This document shows positions 24,689 through 34,963 of a stretch of DNA of 64,000 bases, piece by piece. Source of the DNA: Amoebophrya sp. A120 (Eukaryota > Protista > Dinoflagellata); the NCBI GenBank assembly GCA_905178155.1, contig CAJINV010000010.1, positions 3,058,587 through 3,122,586 on the forward strand, written 5' to 3'. The position numbers were made by a program, and so were the translations under genes. The stretch's first letter is position 1, and each line of letters starts with the position of its first letter. Under the pieces are notes generated by a model. That model did not search any database, was not told the origin of the DNA, and worked only from the letters and a program-made list of their open reading frames with translations.

Positions 24689-27600
24689 TCACGATCCCCA
24701 ATCTTCGCCCAGCATGTTGCCCAGTTGCGCGACGAGTTGCGTGTCCATTTCTTTCCTAACCCGCTCCATGGTTCTGTGTCGCTCGTCGAGCCACGTTTGG
24801 TACTGCAAACAGGCGACGATGTTACTGGTGATGATTTCGAAATCCTTCAGCGGATATTCCTTTGCATCCGAGACCACTATGTTCTCCATCACACCGAAAA
24901 ATGCTAGTACTACCAGCAATAGTGCTGTTAGATGTTCTTTGTGTAGTTTGTCATGCGCAACAGACTGGATGAACATCACATGACTTCAACGCCAAGCACG
25001 ATGGCTCGCACCATGAGAAACTTTTTTTTTGCAGTCACTCGCTCTACTACTTCATCTGCAAGTTTCAACGATGATTTGCTAGTAGTAGTACTAGCACGTT
25101 TCTGTGTGATAATCTTGGACGCACTGCCTGACGCCGCCATTTTAGATGCTACCTTCGCCATACCTGAAGTAGTTACGGTAGAAGTAGAAGACGAGAGAAA
25201 CAATTTTACTTCAGCTGCAGAACGAAGGTTCACTCGATGTTGTGATGCAAATAAGGAATGTCAATGTCTATCAGAGGTGCTGCAAAAACTGCTGCCCATG
25301 ATAATCACGCACGATAAATTTTGATCTTAATCCTACCAGCTTTCTTCATCAGACTCCCTTGGATATCAAACCAAAAAGTGTTAAAGTTAACGGAAAAATT
25401 CCGCATGCAGTCATGCATCAGAAAAGGTGCTGCGCAGAGTTGTATTGCATGGCATGCCTGCCTGCCAGGGAGTAACATTTGTTCTGCATAACTGCGGTTA
25501 TTTGTGAAAAGTGAAAACCGTTAACATTAACAGCTTTTTGCTTGATAGAGGACATCTTCTTGCATCTTGCGCGAGTCCGACTGTGCGCACCCTACTTTCG
25601 GAAACAGCAGCTCCTTCGGCACGATGCCCCGTTTCAGCTGGTCCCGCAACACCTTGACCATGTTATCCACCCGTGCGTTCATCTCCTTTTTCTCGTCTTC
25701 CAGCATCATATCCGTAATGGCCGCGCCCTTGTTCACCTTCTGCATGATCTTCTTCTGCTGCCGACTCCGGGAAGTGCGGCGGTCGGAAGGCAGCCTCCTG
25801 CCCTTCCGCCGCTTCTCCTCCTCCACGGCTTCCTCGTGCTTATGAATTGCAAAAGTGCAATCGTACTAGTAGGTGTAGGAGTAACCGCAATACAAATTTA
25901 AGTAGGTCCATATCATGACACGTGATCAAATTTACCATGCTGATTCAGCTTTCCTCCTTGCGTGGCTGCAATTTTTAAGTAGAAGTACTACGAGCAGTAC
26001 GATTATACTGTTGCAATCAATGCATAGTGCTCGGACTCTAGCATTTTCGTCAAGCACTTACGCAGCGTCGCTTGCACCAGTTCGCTGTTGCCCTCCTCTT
26101 CATCGTCGAGCATCGGGAAGGAGGCGAGGTATCCACGACAAATTTGCCGCACAGAAATTGGAATTCTGTTGCTGCATGACAAAACTTCTTCCCAACCGTC
26201 AATAGCATTAGCATGGCAATTCAAATTCTTTTTTATGCTTGATAAATGGTCAGTAGGAGTACGGCAAATTTGTATTGCATACGAGGTCATCGCGGTCGAC
26301 GGGGCCAATTACTTCCTCGTTTAGTACGTTGTCCCTGAGAATGCAGTATTTTGCTGCAGATTTTTGTTTGCGCCCGCGATGAAATCGCACAAATGATTGG
26401 TCAAACGAAAAAAGACCCCCTCTTCGGCTAGGACGGAAAAAACCAAATCCGCGAAATTTCAAAATTTTATTTTTATCCTAAGTAGCCGAAACTCGCACGA
26501 CCTAGCCTCTGGCACCAATCTGTTTTGCCAGTTGCAAAGATCGAGCCCAAAGCTTTCGATCTGGCAAGACAGAAGGCGTTTTCAGCGAGAAAAGACCCCC
26601 TCTTCGGCTAGGATGGAAAAAACCAAATCCGCGAAATTTCAAAAATTTATTTTTATCCTAGCCGAAAGTCGCATCACCTAGCCTCTGGGGCCAATCTGTT
26701 TTGCCAGTTGCAAAGATCGGACCCAAAGCTTCCGATCTGGCGAGACAGAAGGCGTTTTCAGCAAGAAAAGACCCCCTCTTCGGCTAGGATGGAAATAATC
26801 AAATCCGCGAATAAATTTCAAAATTTTATTTTTATCCTAGCCTAGGCTCGCGATGCCTAGGGTTTGAGAAGATTTCGTCCTGCGAGCTGCCAAAGAAAGG
26901 CCCAGCTACGCTTTCGAGTTAGCATAAGAAAAACACCTCGCAGCGCGAAATTACTCCGCGCGACCCTGCTAGAATGTGGATTGTATTTGTACCGATGAAT
27001 TTTTGTCTTGCATAATAATTTTGAGACTAAGGATGAATAGAGGTACAGCGAAGAGTTTGAGTATGTTTTCTTTACCTGTCTGCCCGTAATTTCCGCAGCA
27101 GTGCTGCCCGCTCCATTTTTCTCGCTTGCCACGTGAAAGTTCGGTTGTAGTACTTCAGCATGTATGAATTGCAAAAGTATGATCGTACTAGTTCTAGTAG
27201 AAACAAACCGGATCACAAATTTCAATCTGGTCAGCATGAATAAAGGTGGAATTTGTAGTAATTTGTAATGGTGGTAGTTAGCGTAGTATATGATTGCCAT
27301 GATTAGTACGAGTAAGATACTCATCTTGCACAGGATAGCATGGGCGGTTCGCGATCCAGTTCGTTGTACGCGTCGTGAAATTTGGAGCCGACGATACCCA
27401 CCGGGAGACTCAAAATCAAGATCCCGCAGATCATCACACCCATCCCGACATATTTCCCGATCTCCGTTTGCGGCACGTAATCCCCGTAACCCACGGTGGA
27501 CACGGTATCAAATGTAAAAGTGTCTGGGTCTGGAAGGTTGAAACTTGTAATGCTAGCTTTCTATACCTAGAAAATCTGTATTGCATAACCAACAAAAGGC

Positions 27601-30600
27601 GCAGCCTCTTTTGTCATGCGAAAACGCAGCTTCTCATGCGGATTGCCTATGAGAAAGCGTTTTGGGAAGTTGTCATGGTGGACTGCATTCGGAAGTGTTC
27701 TCATCATGCACACTTTAGCATCACAAGTTTCCAGACCCAGACATTCACATTTTGCAATCCATAAACGGTGACCAGCGACCACCAGAGCGAGTGGATGATG
27801 GATTCAAAGCCTTTGGCCGCGTATATGGCGTTCTCAAATGTTACATTCTCAACTGTAGTTACATGATTTGTCATGCAAAATTCGAACCAGAATCGACGCG
27901 ATCAAGCTGCTTCGCATGACAAATTCTCGAAGGGCCAAATAGGCTAAGAATCTGTGCCAAATCTGTGATGCAAAAGGCGCAATCTTTCCCCTTTCAGTTT
28001 TGCCGTGCTTGCATCACAAACTCATGTAACAGTTGATAATGTAACAGTTGAGACCTCCATAGCGTACGTTTTCTCGTCGTTTTCGTGCGCGTCCTCGTTG
28101 AAGACGTCGCAGCACAGCTCGTCCGCGTTCGTCAGAGAGCCCCGGCTGGTGTATCAAATGCAAAAATGTCTGGGTCTGGAAGATTCTGAAACTTGTCATG
28201 CACGTTTTGCATGGGCCACGATGTCTGTGATGATGCCCTAGCATCAAAGACTTTTTAAGGGCCTCGTGATACCTATTCCGCATGACAAATGCCCTCTCCG
28301 CATAGCCAAAATTGCATTCCCTTTGCTGGTCATGCAATACAGATTTTTTTAGAATCCAAATGCAGCATCACAAGTTCGGACTCTTCCAGACCCAGACACT
28401 TTTACATTTGATATGGTGAACCCCTGCCCGATGGTGCGGCACTCGTTGGCGTAGGAGGAGTACTCGGTATCGTAGTTCTCCACGAGCTTCTGCGGACAGG
28501 ACCTATCCCTCGAAAAAAGTGTTTCACTGTAAGGATTTTGCAACTTTTGCATCACAAGTTTGTTCCGCATGACAGGGAAAATTTGCCATGCGAGGTTCCT
28601 AGGGGAAAACATAGCTAAAAATTCACTGTCTTGCGTGTGTAGTAAGACAAACACTGCGAAGATGCATTTTCTGCATTACAAGTTTACAGTGAAACAGTTT
28701 TTTCTTGCGATAGGACCACCGTTCCGTGTAGTAGATCAGGGTGCCGATGTATGAACTGCAAAAGCATCGTACTAGTAGGAATAGCAATACAAATTTCGAT
28801 TTCCTCAGCATGAAAAATAAAATTTGTATATGCGGATTTACCTTAAGACAAAGATTTCTAATGCATGACTGCAATTACTACGAGTACGATTATACTTTTG
28901 CACAGGATACGAAGAAAACCACGACAATCGCCAGGATGAAGAACAAGACGAGCAACGTCCGGACGGCGCGCTTCACGGTTTGGTAGATCAGTAAAACACC
29001 GACCTGAAACGGCCCGATGCGCATGATGCGGAACAGACGGATCAGTCGGACGACCCGAAAAACGCGGAGCACACTGACATCGAAGATCGCGGAGAAGATA
29101 TCCTGTGTAAACAAAACGTCAGCAGCACCACCCCAGCAGACTTGTCATGCGAATTATAGTCCACAACTGCAATAAATTCAAACTTGTCATGCGTGCGTTC
29201 CATAAGTTCTTTAGCTTGTTTTGCTAAATGTCCATCTTGTCTACTTCTTCGGGGTGAAGACGTAGTTTTTACTCCTGGGATAGAAGGCCAGCTCCAGATA
29301 CGCGGGCAGGATGGCGCAGACGTCCATGATCTTCTATCAAATGTAAAAGTGTCCTCGCTCTGGGTCTGGAAGATTCTGAGACTTGTCATGCATGTTTTGC
29401 ATGGGCCATGATGTCTGTGATGCATGCCCTAGCATCACGGATTTTTTGAGGGTTTCGCGATGCCTATTCCGCATGACAAATGCCCTTTCCGCGTAGCAAA
29501 AATTGCGTTCACTTTGCTCCTCATGCAATACAGATTTTTTTGGAATCCAAATTCAGCATCACAAGTTGCATGCTTCCAGACGCAGACCTAGACATTTTTA
29601 CATTTGATATGTTCAGCGAGTCTTTGAGAAACTCCGAACGTATCCAAGAAAAAAACTGTGTAAGTGCAACTCTGTTTTGCAGACGACGCAAGACACTTAC
29701 ATCTGTCATGCTGGACATGCATCAGAGGCTCTTTTCGTACGTCGTGTCTTCACGTAGGTACTACTAGCAGCTACGCATGACAGGTGTTTCTCTGTCGTGT
29801 CATGCATAGCAAACTTGTGATGCTGTTCCTCCAAGAAGATCAAAGCTACACTTACACAGGATTTTTCCTTGCATAGACCTTGTTTGCGTGTTAAACACGT
29901 TACAGACCCACAGGCGGAGAACGTACTCGCCGGTGAAAATACCGGTGAAGACCCACTCGAGGATCCCGAAAATCGGATCTTCGGCCTCGGGAAAGGATTC
30001 CCAGATGAAGGTCGTCACGGAACAGGCGATACAGGACAAGATGACAATCTGGACAATGCGCGACGGGACACCTGAGGTTTTTTTTACATTTTCACTTCTT
30101 GGCCGCGTTTTGCAATTGCAGCATGCGCTAGAATCTATTACTAGAAGAATAGCTGTCGTTGATGAAACACAATCGCTACAGGATGAACTAGTTGCAGTAG
30201 TACTATTACCTGCCTCCGGTATCTCGAACAGGATGAAGATGTGCCCCCGCATCTTCTGAATTAACCACGGATAAAAATCCGAGGGCGGAATCGTGTTCGT
30301 CGCGGGCTTCTTTTTCGACTGGATTTTTGGCAGGTCCTTCAAGTATCCCGCGTAAAACGTCCCCACATCACTAGAGTCAACAAGATGGGAAATCTGCTAC
30401 ACAAACACAAATACACCAGCTTTGTTTGCTTCGCATGACAAGTTTGCCCTCGTAGTGTAAGCGATCCTGTTTAGCTAGTTCAGAAGCAACATCACAGATC
30501 TTGATCTAGTATAATATCATTGTCATTCCTTGTTCTAGCATCACAAATTCCAAAACACGACTAGGAAATGCTTCATCGCATGGGGCCCCGCATGAGAATC

Positions 30601-30753
30601 TTTTTTGGGATGCAGATACGCATGACAACTCTGGGATGGGGACGGTTTTACTCGGAATATCAGCCGCATCTTCTTCGTGCCGCCCGGCGTCGTGTCCCCG
30701 CCATGGGCATGGAGGGGCGAGACGGACGCGGTCGATCGGGGCGGGTCGGGCAT
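24689..30753 (-). CDS. 6-TM voltage-gated potassium channel (Kv-like), >=12 introners; terminal exons approximate
   Basis: S1/S2 (IVILSCIACSVTTFIWES; LEWVFTGIFTGEYVLRLW), S4 (LRVFRVVRLIRLFRIMR), pore (FESIIHSLWWSLVTV|STVGYGDYVP), S6 (GILILSLPVGIVGSKF). Confidence 0.9.
25364..25547. mobile_element. Introner family H (TIR TATCAA..AAAAAG.TGTTAA.GTTAACGG)
   Basis: Clear TIR; DR partial (TTGGA/GAGGA). Confidence 0.75.
25841..26026. mobile_element. Introner family B
   Basis: DR GTGCT/GTGCT. Confidence 0.88.
26130..26281. mobile_element. Introner family E-like
   Basis: TATCCACGACAAATTTGCCG...CGGCAAATTTGTATTGCATA; DR CGAGG/CGAGG. Confidence 0.88.
26410..26845 (+). repeat. Tandem repeat, ~178-180-nt unit x ~2.4, inside a probable GT-AG intron (26335-27075, minus)
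   Basis: AAAAGACCCCCTCTTCGGCTAGGAYGGAAA recurs at ~26410, ~26590, ~26766. Confidence 0.9.
27163..27337. mobile_element. Introner family B
   Basis: DR GCATG/GCATG. Confidence 0.87.
27506..27763. mobile_element. Introner family A, immediately upstream of the TVGYG filter codons
   Basis: DR CACGG/AACGG. Confidence 0.9.
27824..28061. mobile_element. Introner family C
   Basis: DR GCGTA/GCGTA. Confidence 0.92.
28152..28413. mobile_element. Introner family A
   Basis: DR TGGTG/TGGTG. Confidence 0.93.
28504..28712. mobile_element. Introner family D
   Basis: TIR ...GTTTCACTGTAA / TTACAGTGAAAC...; DR GGACC/GGACC. Confidence 0.88.
28750..28909. mobile_element. Introner family B
   Basis: DR CGATG/CGAAG. 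Confidence 0.87.
29099..29282. mobile_element. Introner (TATCCTGTGTAAA..ACGTC type)
   Basis: DR GAAGA/GAAGG. Confidence 0.78.
29335..29609. mobile_element. Introner family A
   Basis: DR TCTTC/TGTTC. Confidence 0.9.
29641..29875. mobile_element. Introner family D-like
   Basis: TIR CTGTGTAAGTG / CACTTACACAG; DR eroded GAACG/GACCT. Confidence 0.75.
30072..30209 (-). other. Probable canonical GT-AG intron in Kv gene
   Basis: G|GTAATA...CCTCAG|GT, 138 nt, gives PEAG|VPSRIVQ before S1. Confidence 0.6.
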
Positions 30754-33700
30754 GGTTTGTGGTTTCTTTGACGTAGTTCTTCTGGTGCGAATGGCTTTTT
30801 ATTGATAAGTACCTGCCACAACTGTCGTGTACTCCAAAAACCGAAAGGCTTGAATCGAGCTGAAAGAAGATCGAACTCCAAATTGAACTTGGCCTCCTCC
30901 TAGGGTCTTCCTATATCGCAGTTATCAACTTTTCTGCACGAATATCCATATCCTAAGTCTACATCTAGTAGTATGTCACCATGTCTTGTGCACCCGGGAA
31001 GAGTTATAGAAGCGAAGAACGACGCCGGACAAGTAAAACTACAACGAGCGGCTTTGAAAAAGATTTCATTCCTTCATCTTCCTCGACGTCGCCCGTCTCT
31101 CAATTCTAACGACATCGACAATCGCTTTTTCGTGAAAAAGATAATCAACATCTCTCCTCGAGCAGGAATTGTGTCAATTTTGCGCTCAGAAGACTTCTTG
31201 TTAAAGCCAGCTACTTACTCCTTCTCGAGAGCTTTGCTTCCCAGCAACATGAAGGGCTTTAATATGCTCTCGAGCTTCGACGACCACGAAACGACACGAC
31301 GTCGCTGGCGCTTTCCAACGAGATGAAGGTGTCCCAACATTGGAGGATGAACAGATAGGCAGCAAGGAGAGACTCTACTTGCTGACGAAGTAGCCGAGGG
31401 GCCACGGAGTAGAAGCTGCAAACCGCATCAATTTCAATTCATTGAGTCTTCGCTCGTGCGGCTGGTGCAACATTCAACAACGGTCTGCAGGCGCCATCAT
31501 CATGGCAAATGCACACAGGGACAACAATCCAGGCGGCGCAAACACCTGGAAACACCCTCCACGTTGGTTCTTTTAATTCCGAGCGGCTGCCGGCGGTTCG
31601 GTTCGTTCTATTTCACCACCACCAGGCGCCAACACATGCTTCGTCGGATTGATTAGATAGCTCCGGGGGGGGGGCGCGCCGGTCGGCACACGGTTCCCCC
31701 CAAGGAAGGCACCCAACGACCCGGGCAAAGGGCAAGAACTATGTCCCCGCCCTCCCGCCAATAAGGGCTTCGCTCTTTGCTTCATCCATGCAAAGGAGAT
31801 AGCCGGGCGACCGCAATAGCAGGGGCGCCCCCAATCCGGAGCCGCGGGCGCGCGCAGGGCCTGCGACTCCCTTGCGCCAGTTCCATCCCCGGCCTTAGAC
31901 ATCACATGGCGAACGTTCCGGCCGGGCTTCCGTCAATGTGTTCCGTTCGCGTCGACTATGCGTCTCAGGCAGAACGGCTCGGAAATGCCGGGGGGCCTGT
32001 GATCCATTCTCGATGTGCGGCCGAGACAAGGGGCGCGGCGCCTTGCTTTCTGCGTTTGGGGCCGGCGGGGGCCCCCGCGGCGGCCCAATAGGGCAGGCGG
32101 GAACACACAAAAAAACCGGCGGCGCGCCCCCTTGCAGTCCTGGATTTCTGGGTCGACCGAAAGTAAGGCGCCGGCCGAGAAGTGGCCCGGCCGGACCCGG
32201 GGCCGGCCCGTGTCGTAGTTCGCGGCGTTTTTCATGTTGATACGAGAAAACGACTGCAGACGCCGACGAGCTCTCCCTCGCCGTCGTGTATGCCCGCGAG
32301 CCCCCGGCGGACACTGCGGCGCCAAGCTAGCACCACGTTGGCCATTGACAAGGCTGACGGACCGCGCGGGGGCCGCGGTGATGCTGACGGAATGTATGAG
32401 GACCCGGACACAACTGGCGCGCCGAGGCGTACCAGCATGCAGCCACCGCAAGCCCTCTTCTGTCTGAAGCACAACAAGAGCCGGGTAGGTCGTTCATCGG
32501 GCGCACGCTGCAAGTCGCCGAGAGCCTGACGCGGCAACCGCTGCTCGAAGTGGTGAGGTCAAAATTCCTCAAGCGCTTGCGTTATCCTACTCATGTCTGT
32601 CGGTAGCAGATGCAAGTACAAGCGTCACTGTCTTCTACTTCACTCGAAGCGACTCTTTTCACTGCTCCTCCTCTGGCCGGACGCCATTTTTGTCCTCCTC
32701 ACTTTAGTCTTCGGTAGTGCATCAACAGGACAAGGCACTCTGGTACACTTTTATTTCTGGATTTCGATCTTCCTGGTGCTCCTGTTTCTGCGATGACAGA
32801 ACGAGTCTTGCAAACGCAATGCAAATGCTGGGACGCGAACAACCTTGTCAGCCTCTTCGTTAATATGCCAAGATTATCAGGCGGGAAAAAATCGGCTCCA
32901 CCATCAGCTAAATGCTGCGGTAGCTTCCAGCTCCGCAAATCAAGCGGTGGCATTGTGATTTTTATTTCCAAAAGAACAAAAGGCTTCTTTGAATGTAAAG
33001 AGGAAATGTCGCTCAGTGGATTGCTATCAACTATAATTTTGTTTTGGCTCGCTTGTATCGTTTGTCCGTGGCTTCTCGCTACCGCCAGGGTATCATCAAC
33101 ATAGCGAAGACGCCGGAGGTACTTTTCTACAGCTCGTAGTTACACATGACAGAGCGGGAGCGAAATGTTATTTGTGTGGGGCTGGTACTAAAAGCGGTCG
33201 CCTTCTTCGAGTCCTCACGTAAAACGAAGCGGCACCGGCACACCTGAACGACAGAACGTTCTCCCTTTCACGCACCTTCACCTCCCCACCTGCAGGTCGC
33301 GTTCTTGTGAATGTGATCTCCTCGTGCTGGATCTCACAATCAATCACCTCAGGGAGCTGAAGCTCTTTTGCTTAGTACCTTCCTGGGCATGCGAGATCGC
33401 GACTCCCACACGCAGTTCAATACGTATAATGACGAGGACAAAGCTACGTAAGGTCATGGAAATAACCGGTAGTAAATAGAACTACACTAGGTGAAACATG
33501 AATAATAGAGCGGTATTCGATGTAGAAATAACAGTTGTAGTTGTCCTGCAGATTCTTTATTGCCGCAGCTATCTGGTCGTGGTTGCTGTATTCCTAAAAA
33601 GTCGCTCTGATTTTTTCGATCGTGAAGGGGTCGCTGCGTCGCCGAAAAAAGGTTGTGTGAAAAATTCCCACAACAATCATCCTCAAAAGGTTCTATTTCT

Positions 33701-34301
33701 GCTACGTTCCTCCATCTCGCTTGCAATAAGGCTCCGAAAAATCTAAATTTCTATTTCATTTTTTTTTATTTCGCTAGAGCTACAAGTAAGAGAATAGAAA
33801 TCGCCACAATGCCATCCAAATAGAACATCTTTGCGGATGCTAGTACAACTTCGAGTACACGACCGTCGTGCCGAGACATACGTTAGCTGCAATGAATAGA
33901 GTCGAAAAAAAAAGTGCGTGATCGCACCTTCATTGTTGTCGGTGTCGTACAAATTAATACAAAAAGAGCCAAATGAAGCAGCTGTTGAAGATCAAAAAAA
34001 TTCTTGAAGTCGAAAAGTTTGAAATAGTGCGATTATTGGATTGAGATTTGAGAAGTGCTTGAATCTGTAGAAGTAGATGGATTTGCTGCAGACACATCAT
34101 TGCGAAGATGATATTCTGCCAGCTTGGTAAAATTTCTCCGTCCATCTTTCTTGGCATCTGCGTGATTTACTTCTTCGTTCTGGACGTTGTAACGAGAAAT
34201 ATTAAACGAAATAAGAATACGCTTCCTTCATCTTCTTGAAAACACACGACATCACGTGGGTCGTGAGAATGTAAAATTTAAACTCTTGCCATTTGGATAA
34301 G

Positions 34302-34908
34302 TTTTGGCCATGGAAATCGATCCCGCACACACGTAACACGATCGCCCCAAATGAAGCCTGTTCCATGATGAAAATGACTGAAGGTTCTGACTCAAATCGA
34401 CCCCGTAGCATGCTGCTTCGTTCGGATTTTACTTGCGACCGCCGTCCCTGGTAAAACTTTGAGCAAGGACCACGGACCTAAGTAAAATCGTAAGCCAGGC
34501 TCTGTAGCTGGTGACATGATCCTCCAGTCAAGTGATCCCAAGTAGCTCTCCAGATTGTCCGTGCTTTGGGCAGGTCTCCCGACCTATACCAAGCCCGGGT
34601 CAACACTTTACCTGGGACCTCGTCCCCTGATCAAAACTTTACCAGCGACCCCGTCCGCTGATAAAATCTTTACCAAGACCCGAGATCCTGACACGTGTTG
34701 ACATCTGGTGAGAATCATGCGAGAATCTTGACGAATGTGATTGAACTGAACCTACAGGATGTAACGCAGCAAGAGACTTGCGTCACTTGCTTGCTTACTT
34801 GCAATTGGATTGATTCATCTGCTGCTGATAACGAGCTCATTTGCTCCGTTGAGCCTCAACGGAGCAAACGCGTGCAAATATGTGCGAGTGTTCTCAAGTC
34901 CACTAACA
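34302..34908 (+). repeat. 5' LTR (607 nt)
   Basis: Near-identical to 41921-42508; ends CTAACA; initial TG reads TT here. Confidence 0.95.
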
Positions 34909-34963
34909 CTACGCTACGCCTTGAGACTCAAACTGGCTCTTATAGTCAGATAAGTGTTTGAAG

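Noticed and set aside
30370-30660. Probable further introner near the Kv 5' end (GCATGACAA boxes present)
   Set aside because: Could not define TIR and DR boundaries confidently, so not listed as a feature.
32600-34296. Possible decayed gene or transposase upstream of the LTR element
   Set aside because: Only short ORFs with no recognisable motif.
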